A stretch of DNA of 64,000 nucleotides from Heptranchias perlo (lineage: Eukaryota), in the NCBI RefSeq assembly GCF_035084215.1, contig NC_090345.1, positions 34,038,001 through 34,102,000 of the forward strand, read 5' to 3'. Of the stretch, positions 37,530 through 49,045 are shown in pieces. The position numbers were made by a program, and so were the translations under genes. Positions within the stretch are counted from its first letter, which is position 1, and the number at the start of each line of letters is the position of its first letter. The notes below the pieces were generated by a model. The model ran no database searches, was not told where the DNA came from, and saw only the letters and a program-made list of their open reading frames with translations.

Positions 37530-40500
37530 CTTGAATTTATATAGCGCCTTTAACATAGTAAAACATTCCAAGGCGCTTCACAGGAGTGTAATCAGACCAC
37601 ATTTGATACCGAGCCACATGAGGAGATATTAGGACAAGTGCTGGGTCAAAGAAGTAGGTTTTAAGGAGCGTCATAAAGGAGGAGAGAGAGGTAGAGAGGC
37701 GGAGAGGTTTAGAGAGGGAATTCCAGAGCTTAGGGCCTAGGCAGCTGAAGGCACGGGCTACCAATAGTGGAGCGATGAAAATCAGAGGAGCACAAGAGGC
37801 TAGAATTGGAGGAGCGCAGAGATCTCGGAGGGTTGTAGGGCTGAAGAAAGTTACAGAGACAGGGAGAGGTGAGGCTATAGAGGGATTTGAAGAACAAATA
37901 ATAAAATGTAATTACATTGGCAGTGCAGTTGGATACAGACTTGTAACTTCCAAATCACACTGTCATACATCTCTGGCATTCCCCCAGTATAGTTCCCATC
38001 TTCATTCCCTCAGTCGGAGGGCTGTAAACTCAAGTGCATCAGGTTCATTCATTGCCTGATTTGGCATGCCCATGTGCCTTTCTCTCTACAGCCAAAACCT
38101 CCGATCATTCCGGGAATCATAAGAACATAAGAAATAGGAGCAGGAGTAGGCCAATCGGCCCCTCGAGCCTGCTCCGCCATTCAATAAGATCATGGCTGAT
38201 CTGATCCTAACCTCAAATCTAAATTAATGTCCAATTTCCTGCCCGCTCCCCGTAACCCCTAATTCCCTTTACTTCTAGGAAACTGTCTATTTCTGTTTTA
38301 AATTTATTTTTATTTAATGATGAATCATCCCGGAGCACAAAGAGAACCAAAGATTCAATTTCTTCATGACTAATCGCCTCCTCAAACCCCTTTCCACCGC
38401 TCCCTCCACACTCACTTCAAATGCTAAATACAAAGAATTCATGGATTCTTCATCTATAAGATTGAGACTATTCATATAGCTGCCTCTGCTTCTTCCTCTC
38501 CTTTCTATTCCAATATCTCCCACCAAACACTCCAGTTTTTTTTAAACCCATTTTAGGCTTGAAATCTGCCACTCTGCAGTTTCTCGCCTTCTCCTCCGCC
38601 ATCATCTTCAAACGCATCTCTTCCATAACTCCCACTTCCTGCTCCTTTCCCCACTCAACACCTGATCACTCCACTACCCATGCTAGCTGATATTGTTAAT
38701 GGCTCCCTTCCCTTAGGCACTATCCTTCTATCTTTCAAAACTGGTATTAGCATCCGCCTCATCAAGAAAAGCACCCTCAAACATCCATCCTCTACAGCTA
38801 TCACTTTATCAAATTCCTCCATTTCCTCTCAAATGCTTCGTTGCATCCCAGCTCCATGCCCTTCTCTCCATAAGCAAACCTCTTAAGTCTGGCTTCTGCC
38901 TTTGTCATTGTACTGAGGGTTCCCTGGCCAAATTCACAAAAAATATTCTCTGTGATTGAAGTTGTGGTGCATTATCTCTCCGGGTACTCCTTGATCTCTT
39001 GTAACATTTGACTATGCCCCGTGACCGTTTCTGTGCTGTCAGATTGCCTCTCTAATGTCTGAGTCAGAATATTCCCTAATTGAGTAATAGGATGACCAAA
39101 TCCATCTTCTTCAATTATCACCATAAACTTGCTCCATAGTACTCTCTGGCCATTCTCTCAGCTTGAATAAGACTGTGTGAAAGTTTGATTTCCTGCTTGA
39201 CCCAGAACTGAACTTCAAACCCCACATCCTTTCCATCACCAAGGCAGATTACTTCTGCCTCCAAAGCATTATCTGCCTCTTCTTTTTAATTAATTCTCAG
39301 GATGTGGGCATCGCTGGCAAGGCCAGCGTTTATTGCCCATCCCTAGTTGCCCTTGAGAAGGTGGTGGTGGGCCTTCTTCTTGAACCATTGCAGTCCATGT
39401 GGTGAAGGTGCTCCCACAATTTTGTTACGTAGGGAGTTCTAGGATTTTGACCTAGCGACAATGAAGGAACACTGATATATGTCCAAGTCAGGATGGTGTC
39501 AGGCGGGTCTGTCCCTACATCAGCCCATCCACTGTTGAAACCCTCATTTACACTTTTGTCACATCCAGACTTGATTTCTCCTATGTCCTTCTTGCTGGTC
39601 TCCCATACTCTATGCTCTATAAACAGCAACTTGTCCAAAATTTAGTCGCCATTATTCCATGTCACTTAAGTCATGCTCACCCATCACCCCTGTCCTTGAT
39701 GACCAACACTGGCTTTCTCCAACACATTTAAAATCCTCATGCTCGTCTTCAATTACCACCATTGCGCACCTCGGTCCTACCTCTGCAGTCTCCTTCAGCC
39801 CCACATCCCCTTCTACACCCTACAGTCTTCTGACTTTGGTCTTTTGCACATCCTTCCTCCTCATTTCAATCCACCATTAATGCCATCTCGGCCTCACTCT
39901 CTGGAACTTCCTCCACAAAGTCCTTAGACTCTCTACTTCTCGCTCCACCTTTAAAATTCTCAACACTGATTTCTTCAACCAAGCTTTTGGTATCCTTCCT
40001 TAATGGCTTTCTTAAGGGCTCAGCCTACATTTCTTTTATATATTTTTATAATTCTCTCCATAAAGCACCTTGGAATGTTCTCTGTTAGGTATATGTACGT
40101 ATACAACAATGGCTTATATTTATATAGAGCCTTTAGTATTATGAAACAGAACAAGTCACTTCATGAAAGTATAAAAAAGCAGCAATGAGCAAGGAAGAGA
40201 TTAGGAGGGGTGACTTCGTATAAGAGGTAAGTTTTGAGAAGTTTCCTAAAGTGGAGAAAATGGTGGAGAAGTTTAGAGAGATAGTTCAGGTGAGTAGTAT
40301 TAAGACAGCTGAAAGTACTGCCAATAATGGTGAGGTGGAGGGAGCGGGCATACACACAAGGCCTGAATCAGAGGAATGAAGCTTTTGGGAGGGCACATAA
40401 TGCAAGAGGTGATTGCAGAGATAGGGTGGGGCAAGGCCATGGACAGATTTATAGACAAGGACGAGGATTTTACATTTAATGTATTGGGAGTCAACATTGG

Positions 40501-41010
40501 TTAACAGCAACAACATGCATTTAGATAGCATGTTTAACATGGAAAAACATCCCAAGGAACTTCACAGAGGCACCAGGAAAATGGTGAACCAAAGAGGAAT
40601 TGGGAAGGGTGACCAAAGAGACGGGTTGTAAGCTGTTTTTTAAAGGAAGAGAGGCAATTGAAAAGATGGAAGAATTCCAGAGTGAGGGATCTATCTGGCT
40701 GAAGGCACAGCAGTCAATGATGGATAAAGGGAGGGGGGTTGCACAAGAGGCTAGAGTCGGAGGAATGTAGAGTTTGGGGGTGGGCTTTGCAGTACTCGAG
40801 ATGGTTACAGCATAGAGAGGGGGGAGGCTGTGGAGGGATTTAAAGTCGAACATACGAATCTTAAATATGAGGCACTGGGTATCAGCAGCCAAGATAGGTC
40901 AGCAAGGATGGACACGATGGGCAAGCAGGACTTGGTGCAGGGTAGGTTATGAGCAGCAGAGTTTTTGATGAACCAAAATTTATAGAAGGTGGAGCATGGC
41001 AAGGAAAGCA
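37530..41010. mobile_element. cluster of L2 LINE fragments in both orientations, with a CR1 tail at 38118-38310
   Basis: Repeated L2 3' ends (ARAFSCLGPKLWNSL; FKILVLVYKS.HGLAPPYL; tail aaaggcgctatataaat). Confidence 0.75.
39282..39498 (-). mobile_element. family B LINE 3' tail fragment inside an L2 remnant
   Basis: gatgtgggcatcgctggcaaggccagcgtttattgcccatccc... matches 42075-42270. Confidence 0.85.
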
Positions 41011-42050
41011 ATGGAGTAATTATTGTCTGTGGATATAGTGGATGGAACCCATGGTGTCAAAGTGAATAGGAGGAGGTGGCAGTTCTCTTATCTTGCAGAC
41101 ATTCATCAGATGACTGACCATTTTAGGGCAGTGGTCTGCATCCTGGGAGTCAGAGAGATGGCAGTTAAATCGACTGCCAGCTTCATCCATTTGAGTTTTT
41201 GCCACTCTTTTTATTAGCTTCTTTTAGTTATTACCCAGCAAGCATTCCCTTCCCATCCTCATCTATTCCATTAAGACCTCCAAATCGACATTTCACAGGT
41301 TAGAGACTCTGTGCTTCGGTAATTTTCCTGAAAGGGGCTTGGTTGGGGCTGTTCGCACTCATGAAGAGAAGGCTGCCAAGATGTCTCTGGGCACCTGTAA
41401 ATCAAGTTACTTCTGCTTCTCTGCTTTCACGTGCCCCAACAAATCTCATTTTAAGTTGCTGCAGGCTTCCTCACTCCAGGGTATTTCTTCCGTTTTACTT
41501 GGGAGTTATATCCCTGGGCTGCCCACTAATAGAGTAATGAGCACACCCCCTGACTTCCGTTTTGCAGGGAAGGAGGCCACTGAAGGCAGTTACCAGACCT
41601 ATGTGGAGGGAGATGGTAGTGACAGTGAGTAGCCCCTCTTGTAACCTTCAGGACAATGGCACAGAACCATAAGAGGTTTACTAACCCGATGAGGGCAGGA
41701 AAGATAAGAGAACTGCTACCTTCACCTTTTCACGATAGCGCCTGGGACTGTCTCCACTGATTACCCTCACTTCTTAAATGGAATGATATCTTTATTCAAA
41801 GTGCAATGGCTTTCTAGCTATTCCACCTGGAGCTCCTATCACAAGCCCTTCTTGCATGCAGCATCTAACCATTCCAACATCCATGTTACAGGGTCTTTCT
41901 AATATTTGTCCTCCCTGTTACATCAGCTGTCTTCTGCCACGTGGCAGATATCCATCAGATTGCCTTCATCTGTTGCTGTTAGTATTGCTCCAGGAAAAAC
42001 AGGCCCAGGAGAGGCAGGCCCCAGGTGGCCAGTTGCCATCTACAGGTGAA

Positions 42051-45000
42051 TTTTTTTTTAATATTCATTCATGGGATGTGGGCATCGCTGGCAAGGCTGG
42101 CATTTATTGCCCATCCCTAATTGCCCTTCAGAAGGTGGTGGTGAGCCGCCTTCTTGAACCGCTGCAGTCCATGTGGTGAAGGTTCTCCCACACTGCTGTT
42201 AGGAAGGGAGTTCCAGGATTTTGACCCAGCGATGATGAAGAAACGCTGATATATTTCCAAGTCGGGATGGTGTGTGACTTGGAGGGGAACGTGCAGGTGG
42301 TGTTGTTCCCATGTACCTGCTGCTCTTGTCCTTCTAGGTGGTAGAGGTTGCAGGTTTGGGAGGTGCTGTCGAAGAAGCCTTGGCAAGTTGCTGCAGTGCA
42401 TCCTGTGGATGGTACACACTGCAGCCACTGTCCGCCGGTGGTGAAGGGAGTGAATGTTTAGGGTGGTGGATGGGGTGCCAATCAAGGGGGCTGCTTTGTC
42501 CTGGATGGTGTTGAGCTTCTTGAGTGTTGTTGGAGTTGCACTCATCCAGGCAAGTGGAGAGTATTCCATCACACTCCTGACTTGTGCCTTGTAGATGGTG
42601 GAAAGGCTTTGGGGAGTCAGGAGGTGAGTCACTCGCCACAGAATACCCAGCCTCTGACCTGCTCTTGTAGCCACAGTATTTATATGGCTGGTCCAGTTAA
42701 GTTTCTGGTCAATGGTGACCCCCAGGATGTTGATGGTGGGGGATTCGGCGATGGTAATGCCGTTGAATGTCAAGGGGAGGTGGTTAGACTCTCTATTGTT
42801 GGAGATGGTCATTGCCTGGCACTTGTCTGGCTCGAATGTTACTTGCCACTTATCAGCCCAAGCATGGATGTTGTCCAGGTCTTGCTGCATGCGGGTTCGC
42901 ACTGCTTCATTATCTGAGGGGTTGCGAATGGAACTGAACACCGTGCAATCATCAGCGAACATCCCCATTTCTGACCTTATGATGGAGGGAAGGTCATTGA
43001 TGAAGCAGCTGAAGATGGTTGGGCCTAGGACACTGCCTTGAGGAACTCCTGCAGCAATGTCTTGGGGCTGAGATGATTGGCCTCCAACTTCCTTTGTGCT
43101 AGGTATGACTCCAGCCACTGGAGAGTTTTCCCCCTGATTCCCATTGACTTCAATTTTACTAGGGCTCCTTGGTGTCACACTCGGTCAAATGCTGCCTTGA
43201 TGTCAAGGGCAGTCGTTCTCACCTCACCTCTGGAATTCAGCTCATTTGTCCATGTTTGGACCAAGGCTGTAATGACGTCTGGAGCCGAGTGGTCCTGGCG
43301 GAACCCAAACTCAGCATGGGTGAGCAGGTTATTGGTGAGTAAGTGCCGATTGATAGCACTGTCGACGACACCTTCCATCACTTTGCTGATGATTGAGAGT
43401 AGACTGATGGGGCGGTAATTGGCCGGATTGGATTTGTCCTGCTTTTTGTGGACAGGACATACCTGGGCAATTTTCCACATTGTTAGGTAGATGCCAGTGT
43501 TGTAGCTGTACTGGAACAGCTTGGCTAGAGGCGCAGCTAGTTCTGGAGCACAAGTCTTCAGCACTACAGCTGGGATGTTGTCGGGGCCCATAGCCTTTGC
43601 TGTATCCAGTGCACTCAGCCGTTTCTTGATTATCACGTGGAGTGAATCGAATTGGCTGAAGACTGGCTTCTGTGATGGTGGGGATATCAGGAGGTGGCTG
43701 AGATGGATCATCCACTCGGCACTTCTGGCTGAAGATGGTTGCAAACGTTTCAGCCTTGTCTTTTGCACTCACGTGCTGGACTCCGTCATCATTGAGGATG
43801 GGGATGTTTACAGAGTCTCCTCCTCCCGTTAGTTGTTTAATTGTCCACCGCCATTCACAACTGGATGTGGCAGGACTGCAGAGCTTTGATCTGATCCGTT
43901 GGTTGTGGAATCGCTTAGCTCTGTCTATAGCACGTTGCTTCCGCTGTTTAGCATGCATGTAGTCCTGAGTTGTAGCTTCACCAGGTTGGCACCTCATTTT
44001 TAGGTACGCCTGGTGCTGCTGCTGGCATGCTCTTCTACACTCCTCATTGAACCAGGGTTGATCCCCTGGCTTGTTGGTAATGGTAGAGTGAGGAATATGC
44101 CGGGCTATGAGGTTACAGATTGTGCTGGAATACAATTCTGCTGCTGATGGCCCACAGCGCCTCATGGATGCCTAGTTTTGAGCTGCTAGATCTGTTCTAT
44201 CCCATTCAGCACGGTGGTAGTGCCACACAACACGTTGGATGGTGTCCTCAGTGCGAAGACGGGACTTCATCTCCACGAGGACTGTGCGGTGGTCACTCCT
44301 ACCAATACTGTCATGGACAGATGCATTTGCGACAGGTAGATTGGTGAGGACGAGGTCAAGTAAATTTTTCCCTTGTGTTGGTTCGCTCACCACCTGCCGC
44401 AGGCCCAGTCTGGCAGCTATGTCCTTTAGGACTCGGCCAGCTCGATCAGTAGTGGTGCTACCGAGCCACTCTTGATGATGGACATTGACGTCCCCCACCC
44501 AGAGTACATTCTGTGCCCTTGCTACCCTCAGTGCTTCCTCCAAGTGGTGTTCAACATGGAGGAGGAGTGATTCATCAGCCGAGGGAGGGCGGTAGGTGGT
44601 AATCAGCAGGAGGTTTCCTTGCCCATGTTTGACCTGATGCCATGAGATTTCATGGGGTCCAGAGTCAATGTTAAGGACTCCCAGGGCCACTCCCTCCTGA
44701 CTGTATATCACTGTACCGCCACCTCTGGTGGATCTGTCCTGCTGGTGGGACAGGACACACCCAGGGATGGTGATGGAAGAGTCTGGGACGTTGGCTGAAA
44801 GGTATGATTCTGTGAGTATGGCTATGTCAGGCTGTTGCTTGACTAGTCTGTTGGACAGCTCTCCCAATTTTGGCACAAGTCCCTAGATGTTAGTGAGGAG
44901 GACTTTGCAGGGTCGACTGGGCTTGCCTTCGTCATGCCCGGTGCCTAGTGGTCTGATGCGGGTGGTCTGTCCGATTTTATTCTTATTGCGACTTTTTTTA

Positions 45001-45339
45001 GCGAGATTTTACAACTGAGTGGCTTGCTCGGCCATTTCGGAGGGCAATTAAGAATCACCCACATTGCTGTGGGTCTGGATTCACATATAGGCCAGGCCGG
45101 GTAAGGACGGCAGGTTTCCTTCCCTAAAGGACATTAGTGAACCAGATGGGTTTTTACGACAATCCGGTAGTTTCATGGCCACCATTACTGATACTAGTAC
45201 TTTAATTCCAGATTTTATTTAATTAATTGAATTTAAATTCCCCAGCTGCCGTGGCGGGATTTGAACTCATGACTCCGGATTATTAGTCCGGGCCTCTGGA
45301 TTACTAGTCCAGTAACATAACCACTATGCTATCGTACCC
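42051..45339 (-). mobile_element. near full-length non-LTR retrotransposon ('family B', CR1-group-like APE-RT) with tRNA-derived 5' head and LF-SINE-like core; decayed by frameshifts and stops
   Basis: Endonuclease from ~44907 (KVLLTNI*GL, ILTESYL, VGDVNVH, LLDLVLT, SDHRTV); RT motifs (NYRPISLLS, ALDIKAAFDRV, GVPQGSVLGP, FADD); 3' tail with AATAAA and A-run ending at 42051; A box 45321-45331, B box 45257-45268. Confidence 0.9.
45257..45339 (-). promoter_or_regulatory. tRNA-derived type-2 Pol III internal promoter (A box TAGCATAGTGG, B box GAGTTCAAATCC) at the 5' end of the family B element
   Basis: Box consensus matches, plus the tRNA-like anticodon hairpin CTGGACTAGTAATCCAG. Confidence 0.8.
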
Positions 45340-46773
45340 TATGGTACAGTATGATTGGGTTCAAAGCACCAGCTGTAGCACTTCAAAGAACCAAGCGGCA
45401 ATAGAACTCCAGAGCTATCTCTATCTTGTCACCCTCTCTGAGTGCTACACATCCATCATCACTTCAATTTGTCTTCTTCCACAGATCTAGCACAGCAACA
45501 GGAGTGGAAAAGGAGGAAGGTGAAATGATGATGACGAGGAAGTAGAAGGCGATCAATACTTTATTGTTTCATTATGATGATAATATGATGATGATGATGA
45601 CAATGAGGATGACCACCCTGCTCCATGTACTACTGGCACCGTGCTCACTCCCTCGATTTTATCCTCTTCATCACCCATCTTCTGTATCCCATGCACCATC
45701 TCAGAGACTGGGGATGAGAATACTGCCCCTGGTGAATCACAGAGCACAAGAGAGCCAGAGGAGTGGGCAGTGGATAAGGACTCACCTGTTCCCCAGCAGA
45801 GGTTGCATAGACAGCTTCCCTTGGTTGAGGAGCCAGCAACTCAAATATCCTGAGTCCTGCTGTGAAAGTAAGGATATTTGTTGAACATCATATGTAATTC
45901 TTTCCCAGGACATGCAGCAGATAACAGGGATCATTGTAGAGTCCACTGCCCACATATTTGGCAACATTAAGGAAACTTTGTCATCACTGCAGACATTAAT
46001 GGTATGCAGCTTCATTGGAGTCTGCGATAACCTCACCACCCCCATGCCGTAGCAGAGTCCCAGGATAAGTTGGTACCTCCTCTTCATTAGAAGCACACAC
46101 TGCAGCCCAGTAAGTTTTGATGGATAGACTTGAGTGATCCCTGCATTCCGGCTTTTAGACACTTAGGGCCAGCTTAGAGGATACACTATCTTGGGGGCTT
46201 TTGGGATCTGGTGGCCACCCTGAACCTGACCCAGTAACAGTGACATGGGTGCAGTCAACTGACATGAGGCTCACATGAGAATAGTAGCATATGCCAGGTC
46301 TCCAGCCTAGCTCTGCTAAAAGAACACATAGGATGCATGGCGATGCAGCTGCACAAGAAATTTCACCTACAGCGAGTCTTTCCTAGAACTCAGCTGTCAA
46401 GGACCACTTCAATCCCAACAGCTTCTTATATGAAACCAGCATCCAACCACTTTTTGTGACACTGGCTCAGGTGGCACCAAAACTAAGCACCAGGATAGGT
46501 AATAGAAAGCCAATCCAGGCACAGAAGAAAAACATAGTGATTAGAAGTAGGTCTGATCTCTATAATTTTAAAATAAATCTAATGTTCCACTTTGTATTGC
46601 CTCTGTTATTCAATGCGCACAGAAGGTGTCATGAAGTCGGGTTGGAGCGATGCGATATATTTTTTAATGGAGGCCAAGAAGACAAATGTTCCAGTATAAA
46701 ATAATTGGAGCTGGTGTGAAGTATGGAGATGTAGTGATGGAAGTTTTCAAAGGGTATGACTTTAATCCAAGGA

Positions 46774-46953
46774 TGTGGAGATGCCGGTGATGGACTGGGG
46801 TTGACAATTGTAAACAATTTTACAACACCAAGTTATAGTCCAGCAATTTTATTTTAAATTCACAAGCTTTCGGAGGCTTCCTCCTCCGAAAGCTTGTGAA
46901 TTTAAAATAAAATTGCTGGACTATAACTTGGTGTTGTAAAATTGTTTACAATT
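46774..46953. mobile_element. Penelope-like insertion forming a perfect 71-bp-arm hairpin, flanked by a 10-12-bp TSD
   Basis: Arms 46806-46876 and 46883-46953 are exact reverse complements with a 6-nt loop; (TT)AATCCAAGGA at 46762-46773 and 46952-46963; the Penelope assignment is from recalled similarity. Confidence 0.7.
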
Positions 46954-47194
46954 AATCCAAGGAGAATGTATTACTAATGATCTCCCTAGTTCCTGCACTG
47001 GAAACTCAGTAGAATGAAAACTGCCATATAAAACCGGCAAAAATGGATCCCTCCCTAAAATCTGACTTTCAAAATGTAGATGCTCCTGCATAACATCCAT
47101 ATCTCGCCAAAAAACAGCACAGATTTCAGCTCCCATGCCTCTACTTATAACAAACCAATGCAGTCGACATATTATTCAAAATATATTGAATTAC

Positions 47195-47291
47195 CTCTGG
47201 GGTAGCAACAGCTATGTTATCAAATACATTAATGAATATTTTGTCCTTCAATTTGCATAAGGCTGCACTGTTGTAATCCCCATTCGGTGAT
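47195..47291 (-). CDS. CC2D2B: CC2D2B-like coding exon (C2 domain)
   Basis: ttgtag|A...CCAGAG|gtaatt; 97 nt, phase 2-0; SPNGDYNSAALCKLKDKIFINVFDNIAVATPE. Confidence 0.93.
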
Positions 47292-48001
47292 CTACAATCA
47301 AAGAAATATGGTAAAGATTTCATAGAAATTAAGACTTATTTAATTCATAAGCTAAATATTTTTTAAGAATCTGTTACATCAAAATTATAGTAGTTGCTCA
47401 CTCCCATTATTGAACTTTTTGGTCTTTGCATTTATTCTTCAATATCACACATCATTCTTTGGGCAAGATGACAAGTAGGTATCCTATTCTTGATATCTAC
47501 AATTGGTACTTAGTAACCAACTTCTAGGAGGTGCATGAGAGGGGTCCAGATCATTTTATCCACTGATTTTATTGTGAGGAAGCATCTCAAATCTCATTCA
47601 GGACAATCTTTATTTAACACGAGTTTGCATGGTCATAGTTTTTGAAAGATAAAATGCAAACAGGTACAATCAAAATCTGATGAATTCACTACACGAATTT
47701 GTAAAATCAACAGAATAAAATTATTTATGACCACATGGCACAATCTCTGCTTATTCGGAAGGGACTTTGATCAGGTTTTCACCATACTACATGTTAGAAA
47801 TTTTCAGTTTACAATTGCATTGCATTAGCTTGTACCTTTTCAGTTTAAAAACTACTGAAAGATGCAACTATAATTTGGGCAACCAATCAATGATCTGAGT
47901 AAAATCTCAGAAAGATTTAGAAAAATATATGCTGATTTAAGGGTCACTATTTATAGATCACCTATAATACACAAAATAAACAAATATTTTAAATAAATTA
48001 C

Positions 48002-48111
48002 TTGAAATCCATTTCAAGTTTTTCATTCCAACATGGCTGGGATCCATCAGCAATACTTGTCTGATACATTAATTGCTGGAAGGTAACTTCCACGAAGGGT
48101 TGCACTTGAAT
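48002..48111 (-). CDS. CC2D2B: CC2D2B-like coding exon (C2 domain)
   Basis: gtatag|ATT...TTCAA|gtaatt; 110 nt; IQVQPFVEVTFQQLMYQTSIADGSQPCWNEKLEMDF. 'GSxPCWNE..DF' is closer to CC2D2B than to CC2D2A 'GPNPSWNE..PF' as I recall them. Confidence 0.93.
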
Positions 48112-49045
48112 CTATACAAGATAAAAATACAATTTATTTATTTGTAGATAGTTTCACCATTCTCTCCCAAAATAAGTGCACTGATATTGTCCTAATCATA
48201 GCTTTTGCAAAATGAGTTAACAGTTTTGAATATATCCATTCTGGTAAATGGCTACTGCATAATGGTTATCAAGAAATTCTCATAATATATCAAACACAGA
48301 ACAGAATTGTAAACAAAAACATAATACTCTTATTTGGGAGCAAGTCTAAGTAACTTTGGGAGCCAGTTAAACAATGTGTTACAGTGGAGGAAATCCCATA
48401 TTACAGGGATTAAAAAGGTGTGTGTGCAGAATCCTGTGACAGATCATAGAGATTCCACCAAAAATCATATCTCTAGTCTTTCTTTCCCTACATGAACTCT
48501 GTTAGTAGCTAGATGGACAATCACTTATTGGAGGGGTAGTTTTGTTTATTCATTTTTTTGGTCAGCTGGGTTTCTGACACATGTGGAAAGACATCATTAT
48601 ATTTATGAGTCTTCAAACCAAGTTATTGAGAAATTTAAATATTTAGAATTTCTTTGACTGAAATGAAGTGCATATTCTGGCCTGAAATTTCATTGGGGTT
48701 CTCCTGGTCTCCCATCGTAACTTTGATGGGAAACGGGCATCTGCCCATGTCACAATACGGAGACTGCCCTGGCTAAAATCACGAATGACATTCTCTGTGA
48801 TTGTGAACATGATGCATTATCCCCACCTTTTCTTCACCAATTTTTCCGCAGCATTTGACATGATTGATCATGTCCTTCTCCCTCACTTCTCTTCCATCGT
48901 CCAGCTCTGCGGGTCTTCACTTAGATGGTTCCACTCCTTCCTATCCAAATGCAGCCAGCAATTCCCTTCCCCCACACTCTCACCTCCAAATTCCCCCAAG
49001 GATGTATCCTTGGACTCTTTCTTCTCCTCATCTATATGCTCCCCT

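Noticed and set aside
45250-45339. Functional tRNA gene
   Set aside because: It has A/B boxes and an anticodon-like hairpin but no convincing acceptor stem and no T-run terminator, and it runs directly into a retroelement core.
41500-46300. A large Harbinger element hosting the tRNA-headed LINE
   Set aside because: The flanks have acidic low-complexity stretches reminiscent of the Myb-gene tail, but no TIRs or clear motifs could be defined.
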